Origin: a virus
Virus record (IMG/VR): IMGVR_UViG_3300010354_000060
Coordinates: 18,540 to 82,539 of that record
DNA length: 64,000 nt
Direction: 5' to 3' (one strand)
The position numbers were made by a program, and so were the translations under genes. Shown piece after piece: positions 18,395-28,347 of the stretch (position 1 is its first letter; each line of letters opens with the position of its first letter). The notes under the pieces were generated by a model. The model was not told the DNA's origin. It was given only the letters and a program-made list of their open reading frames with translations, and made no database searches.

Positions 18395-21178
18395 CTACTG
18401 ACTCATACTAATGGATTCGTAAGGATCAGAAAATCCTCCAGATCCTCCACCACCAAAAGAATCTCCCATTGGAATTGGAATTGGTTGGACAATTGTATTT
18501 TGGCCAGAATCTTCAACCTCAACTTCTTGAGTTGCTCCAAATTCATACCCAGCATAAGTTGAGAGGATTTGCATTAAACTCTGAGCAGCACTTCTTCTCT
18601 GTGAGATATTCTCAGTATCGTTGAGAATATCCATAAATCTTCTGCCGAAAAGATCAACAGAGTCTTTATCAATTACATATTCTCCTGGGTGAGTAGTAAT
18701 ATTCCCACCTCTACCAACAAAACCACCACCAAAATATGCTACGTGAACATGATCACTGTGTCCAGGATCTCCTGCCTTTAAAAGTTCAACAGGTCTTACT
18801 CCTTTCATTCTATTGAAATCGGAAATTACTTTAAGAATTGGTCCTTGTTCCCAAGAATATGCACCAATATCAATTGCTCTTCCCTCATAATGGAATGATT
18901 TATTTGCGTGGGTTCCTTTTACACCACCAAATTCTGGGTGTTCTTTAACTGCTAAAAACTGCTCAGGAGTCTTTAATCTTTGATATATAAATCTTCCAAG
19001 TTCTCCAGCAATTTTACTTCCTGCAGAACCATATCCCTTTCCAAGTTGAGAAGATCCACCACCTCCAGGAGTGAATGTTCCTTTTTCACCTCTTTGAAGT
19101 GCTGCCAGAATTCTTGCAGATTGTTTCCAACGATCACCTTCTATTCCCCATCCAATATACTTATATGATGCTCTCTTAAGTTGTTCTTCAGTAGACTTTG
19201 GATCCAGGAATTCGTCAAGAAGCCCATACTGCTTCAATTCTTCTTTGATCCATTTAACCTGCTCAGCGTTGCTTGCCTTTTCAAGTGGTTTACCTAAGAA
19301 TTTCTCTGCATTTGTAATTCTTGTACGGTTCCAACTAATAAGTCCTTTGTTAGTTCCTGCGCCATCATTTAAAACCCAAGGAGTTCTTTGACCTTTCCAT
19401 GCAGATTCTGCTTGAACATTTCCAGCAAGAATAGCAGCAGCAAGCATTGGGAATCCTGCTGCCATAAACAATCTTGCACCGCCGACAGCATCAGATGCGT
19501 CACCACCCAAATCTTCTCCAGGAACCATTGGTTGTTGACCAGGGGTTTTTTCTCTTTCTATAGTATATTCCTTCAACCCCAATTGTTTCATCAACTCATT
19601 AATACTTTCATCAATTTTAGCAGAAGAACTTTCTTCAACAGATTTAGAAATTACTTTTGTTAGATCTTCTCCACCCATAAACATAGCAGAGTCAACACTG
19701 CCACCAGAAGCAAAGGCACCACCAGTTCTCATGACATCTGAACTAAATGTTCTCTGCATCCATGCACTTAATGTTGATCCAATGTTGTCATAATCAACAG
19801 TTGATGGTTTTTCTCCAAGCAGAACTTTAGTTGCTATTGCAAAGAATGGTCCAAAGAATGGAATCTCTGATGTTGCATCATGAGATTTTTCCATATATTT
19901 CAATGGACTCATTGTTTGATCGTCTTTTTGTTCTGGGAAAATTTTCTTAATTACTTTTTCTCCACCAACATCAGCACCTGGTTTTACTTTTGTTGGTTTT
20001 GCTGTAACTCTTCTTACTGCTTTGGATTTCTTTACAGTTCTTCTAACTCCACCAGTTAATCTTCCACCTCTAGTTGCTGGACCACCAGTTGCCATTTTAG
20101 CAGATGCTCCAGCAAAGGCATCATACAGTGCTCCACCAGCCCAATCTCCCATCCAACCACCAAGAGCAGATCCAATCACACCACCTAGAAAGGTCCCTGC
20201 AAAGGGAACTACGCTGCCGATAGCACCAGCAACAAGACCACCTAACGCACCTCCAGCGGTGGCACCCGCTGCTCTTGCCGCTGCCCTTCCTGGGTCTTCT
20301 CCAAGCAGTATATTGATTCCAAAGTCAATCAGTCCACCAATAATAGGTATCTTCTGCAATACTTTAGAGAGAGTTCTGGTAACTCCTTGTGCTGCCATTC
20401 CACCTGCTTTACCAGCAATTGATATTCCTAAACGAGTTCCTGCTCTACCAACTCCTCTACCTAAAATTCCAGCAGCACCTTTTTTAGCACCCTCTCCTAT
20501 CAAGGTCTTCCATAATCCTCTGGACTTCAAAATAATCATTGAGAGGATCAAAGCACCATTTACAAAAGTTGCAAATGCACCTGTAAATTTATCAAATAGT
20601 TCTAAAGTCCTATCACCACCAACATTTTTAATAAATCCACGAACAGAATCTACAGCCTTATATCCCCAATCAATAAAAGTCACTAAGGCATTGAATAATG
20701 CTCCACTTATATTCACAATAAAATCAAATGCTGGTGCTATGATTTTTACAAATCCAATAAGTTTTGGAAGTAGAGGTATTAATCTATAGACAACATACCC
20801 AAGAAGAATATTGAATATAAAACTTTTGATCCTATCAAGAAATCCAATCTTAGGTGCTTTTATTAATCCACTTTTCTCTTTCTTCTCATCTGGTTTTTCT
20901 TCTAACTTTTCTTCTCTCTCTTTAAATTTTTTCTTCTCTTTTTGCTTTCTTAAATTTTCAAGTTCTTTTTTCTGAAGTAGAGTTGAATCCTTTAACAGAT
21001 CACTAACATTAATTAATTTTTCTTTAATAGTAAATAGACTACTTGTGGATATGGTAATAGATCCACCATTACCTGTAGATAAAGATTCTGGTTTGATCTT
21101 ATCCGCAGAAGATCCCCCACCAAGAAGTTTAACTGGGTTTATCTTTTTAGATCCTGGAAGTAGTGCTTTAGGTGCCAT
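18395..21178 (-). CDS. Tail-associated lysin: phage tail lysozyme domain + M15/LAS-like Zn peptidase on a tape-measure-like scaffold
   Basis: AAILAGNVQAES..GLISWN..R (phage tail lysozyme-like) and SFHYEGRAID...HSDHVHV (H-x6-D...H-x-H); hydrophobic Gly-rich N-terminal half. Confidence 0.7.
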   Translation of the reverse strand: MAPKALLPGSKKINPVKLLGGGSSADKIKPESLSTGNGGSITISTSSLFTIKEKLINVSDLLKDSTLLQKKELENLRKQKEKKKFKEREEKLEEKPDEKKEKSGLIKAPKIGFLDRIKSFIFNILLGYVVYRLIPLLPKLIGFVKIIAPAFDFIVNISGALFNALVTFIDWGYKAVDSVRGFIKNVGGDRTLELFDKFTGAFATFVNGALILSMIILKSRGLWKTLIGEGAKKGAAGILGRGVGRAGTRLGISIAGKAGGMAAQGVTRTLSKVLQKIPIIGGLIDFGINILLGEDPGRAAARAAGATAGGALGGLVAGAIGSVVPFAGTFLGGVIGSALGGWMGDWAGGALYDAFAGASAKMATGGPATRGGRLTGGVRRTVKKSKAVRRVTAKPTKVKPGADVGGEKVIKKIFPEQKDDQTMSPLKYMEKSHDATSEIPFFGPFFAIATKVLLGEKPSTVDYDNIGSTLSAWMQRTFSSDVMRTGGAFASGGSVDSAMFMGGEDLTKVISKSVEESSSAKIDESINELMKQLGLKEYTIEREKTPGQQPMVPGEDLGGDASDAVGGARLFMAAGFPMLAAAILAGNVQAESAWKGQRTPWVLNDGAGTNKGLISWNRTRITNAEKFLGKPLEKASNAEQVKWIKEELKQYGLLDEFLDPKSTEEQLKRASYKYIGWGIEGDRWKQSARILAALQRGEKGTFTPGGGGSSQLGKGYGSAGSKIAGELGRFIYQRLKTPEQFLAVKEHPEFGGVKGTHANKSFHYEGRAIDIGAYSWEQGPILKVISDFNRMKGVRPVELLKAGDPGHSDHVHVAYFGGGFVGRGGNITTHPGEYVIDKDSVDLFGRRFMDILNDTENISQRRSAAQSLMQILSTYAGYEFGATQEVEVEDSGQNTIVQPIPIPMGDSFGGGGSGGFSDPYESISMSQ

Positions 21179-21184
21179 ATCTTA

Positions 21185-23671
21185 TTAGAAAATCCCCAAA
21201 ATCTTTGCTGTTCTTGGTCTATCCGATGCCTTACAAGTTGCACCAAATCTTGGAACTTTAGTTCCAGATCTCTTATTAATTCCACCAGAACCAGTTCCAA
21301 TTGTATTTGCTTTTGTTCTTACAACTACTTTTGGTTTTGCTGGTGGTGTTGGTGCCTTTAGTTTTGGTTTGGTTTTTGCCAACTGCACTTGAGTTCTTCC
21401 ACTTGTTGGAGTTGGTGATTGCTTACTGAGAACCTGTTTTCCAGTGTTATCAACTTGACCTACAACTCTCCCACCTCTATCTCTAATCAAATTCTTATCT
21501 TTAGTTCTTTTATCCTTATAAGATAGATCATTCTTTGCTTGAGAAAGATTTAGATTTAATTTCTTGAATTGTTTAGAAATTTCATTATCTGACATTCCAC
21601 TTGCTCTATAATATTGAAGAGAATTCATAGCAGCCGTTCTCATCTTCTCTTTATTTGAGGCATCTTCACGACTCTTAGCACCACTTGGATTAAAGAAATC
21701 TCCAATGTTCTCTAAGAAACCTTTACTTCTTTGCTCAGGTCTCTTATAGAATGGTTTGCCCCTATAGAAAGAAAGATGCCCGACAAATGGTTTTCCATCT
21801 GATCCAGTCATAACCTGAGTTTTTGGTAAACCTCTCTTATCAATCTTATTCAGTCCACCACCACCCATCAATCCACCACCAGCTCCCATATAAGATTTGT
21901 TTGTAGCACCAAATCTGTCAGTCTGACTTGCTAATCCTTTAGCATAATTGGATGTGTAGATTACATCTCCACCTCTTACTTGTCCAAAGTATCTCATTCC
22001 ACCAATGGTAATCTCTGGTTCCCATCCAGTTTTTGCTGCACCAGGAACAACTACAGATTGTCTTCCTTTGTAAGTGGCACCAAATCCTTTTCCAATCTTA
22101 GTGCCAAATGAGGAACCTTTAATATTAATACCCTTTCCAGAAGACAGTGCTCTTTGTGCTTGGATCTGTCTTTCAATTCTCTTAAATCTTTCTTCAAAAT
22201 AATCTTTTCTAAAATCACTTGATCCAGACATTGATGAAGGTTTCACGTCTTTAGTTGGATCTGGTCTTCCTAATCCATAAGACTCTTTTTCTTTCTCAAT
22301 AGTTTTTGGTTCTTTACCAATTAAACCACCACCATAAGCATGTGGAATTCCTTTGGCAATTTTGGGGCGATTGGTTCCACCACCAGCAGCATTCATTGCC
22401 TCAAGAGTATCTACGCCATACTTCTGTACAGCACCACGAGACATGACAAATTCACCATCAGAAAGCATGGCAGGAATTTTATCAACTCCTTTCTCACCAC
22501 TTACAAATCCTTGGATTTGACCTGCTAAATCACCGCCTTTACTGCCTGCTACCGCACCTAATATAGATCCAAGTGGTCCAAGAGCAGACCCCGCAGCAGC
22601 ACCTATTGCAGACGCCAATGCTTTATTTTTGAGTAGTCCTTCTTTTAATCCACCAAGAAGTCTTGCAAGTCCACCACCCGCAAACTTCTGAGTTGGTTGT
22701 GGTGGTTCTTTCTTTGCTTCTTCTGGAGCATCTTCTTGTTGTGGTGTTACTTTAGCAGCGTCATCTTTCTTTTTGTCTGCTAATGTTGCGGCACCACCAA
22801 GTAATCCACCACCAATAATTGCTCCAAGTGCTACTGGATTTCTACTTACTAATGCAGCAATTCCTCTTAGTAGAATGCCAGTAATGTTTGCAACAAATCC
22901 ACCAAGTCCTGTTCCAAAAATTAAAAATGCACCAATAAGAGCAGGCCACCAGTCACCTAAGAATCTAATAATACTTCTTACTTTTTGTTGATTATCTTTA
23001 TCACCAAACCACCCTATTAACTTATAGACCATTCTTCCCATCAGAAGAATTACAAAGAAGTCTATAATTTTTTGAAGAAGATTCTTGACTGGAGCAAGCA
23101 TCTTCTCAGCAACCTTCTGAGCAAACCCAAATTTCTTTTCAAGACCTGCTTCTAATCCAGCCCTTGCTTCACCCTCTTTATTTTTTCTATCTTGTTCTGT
23201 CTTCTTTCTTAAGAGATCATTTTGTAACGAGAGACTGTCAAGAATGTTTGAAAGAATTCCAGAGATTTCTTCCAGGGGATTTGATTCTGCTGCTGGTGGA
23301 AGTGCAAGTGGTTTGATTCCACCCAAAAGTTTTTGGGTATTTAATTTTATTCCAGCAGCAGATCCTTTCTTAAAATTCTCTGCAGATATTTTTTTCTTCT
23401 TTACTTTAAATCTTCCCTTCTTTCCTTTGACTCTTTTCCACTCGTCAGTTAGAAGTTCGGTTTCTGCTGTGGGAATTTTAGACTTTGCCATTCTGGCAGC
23501 AGCCATTCTCTCTCTTAAAAGAGAAGCATACGTATCATAATCAATGTCAAAAATATCCTCAAGTCCTAATAACCTGAGGATTCTTTCATCTATTTTTTCG
23601 TTGACGAGATCAGTCCCTATTTTCCCAGTGTAGGGAACCAATGCATTGGTTTTAGAAGAACTGACCGCCAT
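21185..23671 (-). CDS. Tape-measure-like tail protein
   Basis: Coiled-coil region, hydrophobic Gly/Ala segments, GVDKIPAMLSDGEFVM..AV..YG..L.AMN motif typical of tape measure C-terminal regions; very basic C-terminus. Confidence 0.55.
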   Translation of the reverse strand: MAVSSSKTNALVPYTGKIGTDLVNEKIDERILRLLGLEDIFDIDYDTYASLLRERMAAARMAKSKIPTAETELLTDEWKRVKGKKGRFKVKKKKISAENFKKGSAAGIKLNTQKLLGGIKPLALPPAAESNPLEEISGILSNILDSLSLQNDLLRKKTEQDRKNKEGEARAGLEAGLEKKFGFAQKVAEKMLAPVKNLLQKIIDFFVILLMGRMVYKLIGWFGDKDNQQKVRSIIRFLGDWWPALIGAFLIFGTGLGGFVANITGILLRGIAALVSRNPVALGAIIGGGLLGGAATLADKKKDDAAKVTPQQEDAPEEAKKEPPQPTQKFAGGGLARLLGGLKEGLLKNKALASAIGAAAGSALGPLGSILGAVAGSKGGDLAGQIQGFVSGEKGVDKIPAMLSDGEFVMSRGAVQKYGVDTLEAMNAAGGGTNRPKIAKGIPHAYGGGLIGKEPKTIEKEKESYGLGRPDPTKDVKPSSMSGSSDFRKDYFEERFKRIERQIQAQRALSSGKGINIKGSSFGTKIGKGFGATYKGRQSVVVPGAAKTGWEPEITIGGMRYFGQVRGGDVIYTSNYAKGLASQTDRFGATNKSYMGAGGGLMGGGGLNKIDKRGLPKTQVMTGSDGKPFVGHLSFYRGKPFYKRPEQRSKGFLENIGDFFNPSGAKSREDASNKEKMRTAAMNSLQYYRASGMSDNEISKQFKKLNLNLSQAKNDLSYKDKRTKDKNLIRDRGGRVVGQVDNTGKQVLSKQSPTPTSGRTQVQLAKTKPKLKAPTPPAKPKVVVRTKANTIGTGSGGINKRSGTKVPRFGATCKASDRPRTAKILGIF

Positions 23672-23831
23672 TTGCTTGCTGCTGTTTTAATTTTTCTTCT
23701 TCAAGATGCTCTTTCAGCAACTCAACATATACGTCTCTTTCCCACGGAATCATATTTTCAATCTCCGTTAATGAGTATTTATGGTACTGCATTAAGGCAA
23801 AATTCAAACGAAAGTAGTTCTCAAGGTCCAT
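23652..23831 (-). CDS. gp51: Baseplate hub assembly catalyst gp51 (59 aa; possibly also a frameshift extension of gp26)
   Basis: Not in the ORF track: MDLENYFRLNFALMQYHKYSLTEIENMIPWERDVYVELLKEHLEEEKLKQQQANGGQFF; MIPWER motif. Confidence 0.85.
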   Translation of the reverse strand: MDLENYFRLNFALMQYHKYSLTEIENMIPWERDVYVELLKEHLEEEKLKQQQANGGQFF

Positions 23832-23842
23832 GTGGACCAGGG

Positions 23843-24562
23843 CTATGCGAAAAAAGACGCTAACCCTTCCAGAACCACTTCACTTTCTACGTTAGTTTTT
23901 GGATTCTTTACTGTAATTTTGTGCGAAAGTTTTGGCATCGTCTCAAAGAATGTCTCAATTTCTTTGAATTGTGATGAATTCATTTGCTCCAGGAATTCAA
24001 GAAGTTCCTTTTTGCTTACATCAGCTGCTGCCCAAACTTCATCTTCTGTATAAATCTTATCAATACAAGACGCAATCAAATCAAATGATTGGTCCATAGC
24101 ATTGTCACTCTTAAAGTCAAAATTTGCTTTAATGAATTGATCCAATGATGGATACTTCATCTCCATCATGATTGAACTATCTACTTTGATCTTGTTTGTA
24201 TGCTCTTCGTTCCTTTGAACTTTAATATCATCCAAATCAATTTGGACTGATGTTGGAGTTTCTTCATCATCGGGACAAATGATATTAACTTCAATTTCTT
24301 CACCAACAGACTTGCCACGAATATTAAGGAACAAATATTCAATATCAAAAGTCGGCAGTGATTCTACTTTGATATTTTTTGTAAGAATACAGTTCTTAAT
24401 TACTGTCTTAATCGCATTAGAAATTTGCTTTGTATCTTCGCTTTCTAAAGCAATAACCAATACTTTTTCCTCTCTTACAAGGAAGGGTCTATACTTAACA
24501 GTCTCTCCAGTTGAGGGCAACTCAAGTTCATATGACGGTGTAGATATCTTTGGTAATGGCAT
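23843..24562 (-). CDS. gp26: Baseplate hub subunit gp26
   Basis: MPLPKI..YELELPSTG..YRPFLVREEK..FDIEYLFLNIRGKSVGE..LEGLASFF. Confidence 0.9.
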   Translation of the reverse strand: MPLPKISTPSYELELPSTGETVKYRPFLVREEKVLVIALESEDTKQISNAIKTVIKNCILTKNIKVESLPTFDIEYLFLNIRGKSVGEEIEVNIICPDDEETPTSVQIDLDDIKVQRNEEHTNKIKVDSSIMMEMKYPSLDQFIKANFDFKSDNAMDQSFDLIASCIDKIYTEDEVWAAADVSKKELLEFLEQMNSSQFKEIETFFETMPKLSHKITVKNPKTNVESEVVLEGLASFFA

Positions 24563-24606
24563 AATGACCTATAGAAAAATTCAGGTATGATTATTTAGAA
24601 TGAAAA

Positions 24607-25431
24607 TTAGAATAGTTTTAAACCCGAAGAATATGCAGTTTTGATATCTATTGCATTTCCAGATGCACCTGCAGCAGTAAATGGAACTCCACCTGTTGTT
24701 GTATAATTTCCAAAATTTAACCCGAGATCAGTCGTATATGCTTTGTTAATTTGTGCCTGAGTTAAAGGATTTACATTACTGAAATTATTGGTAGTAGTAT
24801 TACTCTTAGCTGCTTCTCCTCCACTACCTTGAGGTTCAACATAATATCTTAAATAAGTAAGAGAAACTGAGCATTTCAATAAAGAAGACGAATCATATGA
24901 TATTGGAATAGATGCTACAGAAATTGGGAATGGATCTACAAATACATATTGTAATTCTGACTTATAATCTCGTTCAAATTTTGTAATTTTTAAAGGAGAC
25001 CCTACATATTCTGAATGATATCGCATTGAATATGTGTAAACTGAACTTTTAACACTATTACCACCATTTTCGGATATTTGCTCATTAGATGCAAATTTCA
25101 TCCAAGTTTCAAAAAATCTAATGGGAAGATAATTATCAGCATCAACATAAAATGTTAGATCAATTCTATCATCAAATACTCTCCTGTGAACATGCCTTTC
25201 AGTTACACCATGAAAATCATTATTAATTTCCATGGTTGCTAAACTTGATCCAGGTAAAGAAGCCTCAGAACAAGATAAATGAAGTCTAATTTGATCAAAA
25301 CTTAGATTATAATCACGAAAATCTCTCCATGCACCACTTAGCGGTTGTCCAATAAAAACATCATAATGAGATGTTAAAGCTGGGCGTAAAAGATTTGCTT
25401 TTATGTTTGATATACCCTGTGGCGTAGGCAT
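24607..25431 (-). CDS. Tail tube-like / baseplate-tube junction protein (gp54-like)
   Basis: CSEASLPGSSL..LTFYVD..FFETW..FP.S...SY..LLKCSVS..Y..Y tail tube fold motifs. Confidence 0.6.
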   Translation of the reverse strand: MPTPQGISNIKANLLRPALTSHYDVFIGQPLSGAWRDFRDYNLSFDQIRLHLSCSEASLPGSSLATMEINNDFHGVTERHVHRRVFDDRIDLTFYVDADNYLPIRFFETWMKFASNEQISENGGNSVKSSVYTYSMRYHSEYVGSPLKITKFERDYKSELQYVFVDPFPISVASIPISYDSSSLLKCSVSLTYLRYYVEPQGSGGEAAKSNTTTNNFSNVNPLTQAQINKAYTTDLGLNFGNYTTTGGVPFTAAGASGNAIDIKTAYSSGLKLF

Positions 25432-25432
25432 C

Positions 25433-25440
25433 TATAAATA
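25433..25440 (+). promoter_or_regulatory. T4 late promoter TATAAATA for gp4
   Basis: Perfect consensus about 30 nt upstream of the gp4 ATG. Confidence 0.75.
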
Positions 25441-25471
25441 TTTTTAACCTTATATATTATGTAGCATAGAT

Positions 25472-25915
25472 ATGGCAGAAAGTATTAAAAGTAGATACAT
25501 CCCATCTTATCCGCAGAAATACAAAGGAAATCCAAATAATATTATCTGTAGAAGTAGTTGGGAAAGAAAGTTTTGTCGTTGGTGTGACTTGAATGAAAAT
25601 ATTTTGGAGTGGGGAAGTGAAGAATTTTTCATACCATATCGTTCTCCAGTTGATAACAGAGTTCATAGATATTTTCCAGACTTTATAATTAAGATCAGAG
25701 AACAGACTGGAAACATCAAATCATATGTGATTGAAGTGAAACCAAAAAAACAAACCGTTCCACCAAAACAAAAATCAAGAGTTACTAAATCATATCTTTA
25801 TGAAGCAAAAACCTATGCTGTAAACCAAGCAAAATGGAAAGCAGCAGATGAATGGTGTAAGGATAGAATGTTAGAATTCAAAGTTATCACAGAAGAAGAA
25901 CTGGGTATTAACTAA
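25472..25915 (+). CDS. gp4: Head completion nuclease gp4
   Basis: KYKGNPNNIICRSSWERKF..WGSEE..YFPDF..IEVKP..NQAKW. Confidence 0.92.
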   Translation: MAESIKSRYIPSYPQKYKGNPNNIICRSSWERKFCRWCDLNENILEWGSEEFFIPYRSPVDNRVHRYFPDFIIKIREQTGNIKSYVIEVKPKKQTVPPKQKSRVTKSYLYEAKTYAVNQAKWKAADEWCKDRMLEFKVITEEELGIN

Positions 25916-26295
25916 TGGCAGAGGGTTTCGGTCAGTATACAAAAACATACAATCGTGTTGAACCTGTAAAGGATAAAATTAGAGAACTTAGAGATCCTGA
26001 AGATATGATGTTGGAAATTATGGATATTCTGAAAGAAAAATCTTGGGTTCCTGAAGTTGGTAAGTTTTATACCTTTGTTTATAATCCAAAGACCCCTGAT
26101 ATTAGATATGACCAGCATCCTCTGATTGCATGTACAGAACTTCAAAGGTGGGGGTTCAAAGGAATCAATTTTCATTTGAGAAAGTCAAGAAATTATACTT
26201 GGGAAGAACTTGCTGGTCAACTTCATTTAGTAAGAGACAATGAACTTGATGATTTGTTGTCTATACCATATGAAAAAATCCGTCTAAATAAATAA
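25915..26295 (+). CDS. gp2-like DNA end protector (short form)
   Basis: GKFYTFVYNPK..YDQHPLI..GFKGINFH resembles the T4 gp2 core; follows gp4 as in T4-like phages. Confidence 0.6.
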   Translation: MAEGFGQYTKTYNRVEPVKDKIRELRDPEDMMLEIMDILKEKSWVPEVGKFYTFVYNPKTPDIRYDQHPLIACTELQRWGFKGINFHLRKSRNYTWEELAGQLHLVRDNELDDLLSIPYEKIRLNK

Positions 26296-26323
26296 AACCC
26301 CCTTATCGGCGGGAGGAATTATA

Positions 26324-27673
26324 GTGCCAGGATCCGAGTATACTTCATATACAGAAAAAGCTGACGGAGCAAGAACTTCTCAAAGCAGACCTTTTATTCT
26401 GAGTGGGAAAAAGTATGATGTTAAGGTTGAGGCAAATTTAAATAATGGAAACGTAACACAATCTTCTATCACACTAAGAAAAGAAGTTTCTGGAAGAAGT
26501 GGAAAGCAATATACAGAATATGCAACAAGTTATGACGGAGGAAAAACTTGGAGCGAACCAGGATCAAAACCACCGAAGACAATTACTCCTGGAGGTCTGA
26601 CTGAAGATGAAATTAAAAGACTTAAACCTGGTGGAAATTTAAATTCTGAAATCAAAAAAAGTGCTATTAGTGCAGTAAAGACTCAAGGTGCTAACGAAAA
26701 ACAGGCATCACAAGCAACAAGTGGAATAAAACCAAATCAAGCATCCCCGACAACAGATCCTGCTAATGCTGGTATTGGAACTACATCTGCAAATGCTGCT
26801 GCAGCAGAGGTTGCAGCACAAAAGGCACTTGCAGAAGTTGAGCAAAGAAAAGAATATGGAAATTTAACATATCCAAAAACTTTAAATGTAGTTGAACAGG
26901 ATTTTATTAGGTTTTCTATGTTGGAATATGTTGCAAGAGGTCTTGGCAATGAAAAATTAGTTGTAACTTCTGAAGCAAGAACCAAAAATAGAAAAACTAA
27001 AGGAACAGTAACACTTCCAATTCCTGCTGGTATATCAGATTCAAATACTGCTCAGTGGGGAGACTCTGAATTGGGCATTCTTGAATCAGCATTAGCGGGA
27101 TTTGGGGAAGCTACCATCACTGGTGGTCCAGGTGCAGGCGCTGATGCTGCACAAAAAACTGCAGATAATCTTGGTCCAGCTGCTGGAGAAGTTCAAACTC
27201 TTGCTGCTGGAAAGTTTGTTCAAATGGCAACGGGTGTTGATCCATTAACAAGAAAATATGGATTGGTTCAAAATAGCAGTTTAGAACTCCTCTTTAAAGG
27301 ACCTGCACTTAGAAACTTTACATTTTCATTTAAATTATCACCAAGATCTAAACTTGAAGCGGATGAAGTGATGAAAATTATTAGGTTCTTTAAGCAGGGA
27401 ATGGCAGCAAAGAAAACAAAAGAAGGAGTATTCTTAAGATCTCCAGATACTTTTAAATTAGAATATTACCACAAGGGAACTGTTCACCCATATCTGAATA
27501 AATTTAAAGAGTGTGCGTTAACATCATGCAATGTAAACTATACTCCCGATGGTAACTACTCAAGATTCTATGATGGTCCAATGACATCATACGAATTGCA
27601 ATTATCATTCACCGAACTTGAACCAGTCTTTGATAGTGATTATACTAACGAAAGCACAGAAATAGGATACTAA
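26324..27673 (+). CDS. gp48: Baseplate tail tube cap gp48
   Basis: LPIPAGISDSN..W..ELLFKGP.LRNFTFSFKLSPRS..II.FFK..CAL....VNYTPDG..L.FTELEP. Confidence 0.85.
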   Translation: MPGSEYTSYTEKADGARTSQSRPFILSGKKYDVKVEANLNNGNVTQSSITLRKEVSGRSGKQYTEYATSYDGGKTWSEPGSKPPKTITPGGLTEDEIKRLKPGGNLNSEIKKSAISAVKTQGANEKQASQATSGIKPNQASPTTDPANAGIGTTSANAAAAEVAAQKALAEVEQRKEYGNLTYPKTLNVVEQDFIRFSMLEYVARGLGNEKLVVTSEARTKNRKTKGTVTLPIPAGISDSNTAQWGDSELGILESALAGFGEATITGGPGAGADAAQKTADNLGPAAGEVQTLAAGKFVQMATGVDPLTRKYGLVQNSSLELLFKGPALRNFTFSFKLSPRSKLEADEVMKIIRFFKQGMAAKKTKEGVFLRSPDTFKLEYYHKGTVHPYLNKFKECALTSCNVNYTPDGNYSRFYDGPMTSYELQLSFTELEPVFDSDYTNESTEIGY

Positions 27674-27675
27674 AA

Positions 27676-28347
27676 ATGGCAAAACCTTATTTCAGACAAG
27701 TACCAGATTTAGATTACGTTAGTAGAGTTCCTAACGCAAAAATATCAGACTACGTTCGTGTAAAAAATCTTTTTAGAAAAGGTAAACTACGTGATGATAT
27801 CTTTCAGGATCTGAACTACTTTACTAAGTATCAGATCAATGGCAATGACAGACCAGATAATGTTGCTTTTAAAGTTTATAATGACTCAACTTTGGATTGG
27901 GTAATCCTTATTGCAAATAATATTCAGAATATCCAATCAGAATGGCCAATGTTACAGGAAGAGTTTGATAGATATCTTCTTGATAAGTATGGTGATTATG
28001 AGACTCTTTACAGTGGAATTCATCACTATGAAACAATCTCAGTGAAGAATAGTGCTGGAGTTGAAATTGTTCGTGCTGGATTGGTTGTTCCTGAAGATTT
28101 TAAAATGATCTTCTATGATGATGACAATCAAAGACAGATTACTGCAAACAATATAACAGTTCCAGTCACTAACTACGAATTTGAAGATAGAAAGGAAACT
28201 GATAAGAGAAATATCTATGTTCTAAAACCAGGGTATATTCATTTGGTCTTTGATGATATGGAAGATATTATGCAATACAAAAAAGGTTCCAGTCAATATG
28301 TGACTGAAACCTTGAAGAAAACTGATAATATTAGACTTTATTCTTGA
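27676..28347 (+). CDS. gp53: Baseplate wedge subunit gp53
   Basis: YFRQVP..VKNLFR..RPDNVA..Y.DSTLDWVILIANNI..WP..HHYET. Confidence 0.9.
   Translation: MAKPYFRQVPDLDYVSRVPNAKISDYVRVKNLFRKGKLRDDIFQDLNYFTKYQINGNDRPDNVAFKVYNDSTLDWVILIANNIQNIQSEWPMLQEEFDRYLLDKYGDYETLYSGIHHYETISVKNSAGVEIVRAGLVVPEDFKMIFYDDDNQRQITANNITVPVTNYEFEDRKETDKRNIYVLKPGYIHLVFDDMEDIMQYKKGSSQYVTETLKKTDNIRLYS

Noticed and set aside
20022-20789. 255 aa plus-strand Pro/Ala-rich ORF
   Set aside because: Antisense shadow of the Gly/Ala-rich part of the tail lysin.
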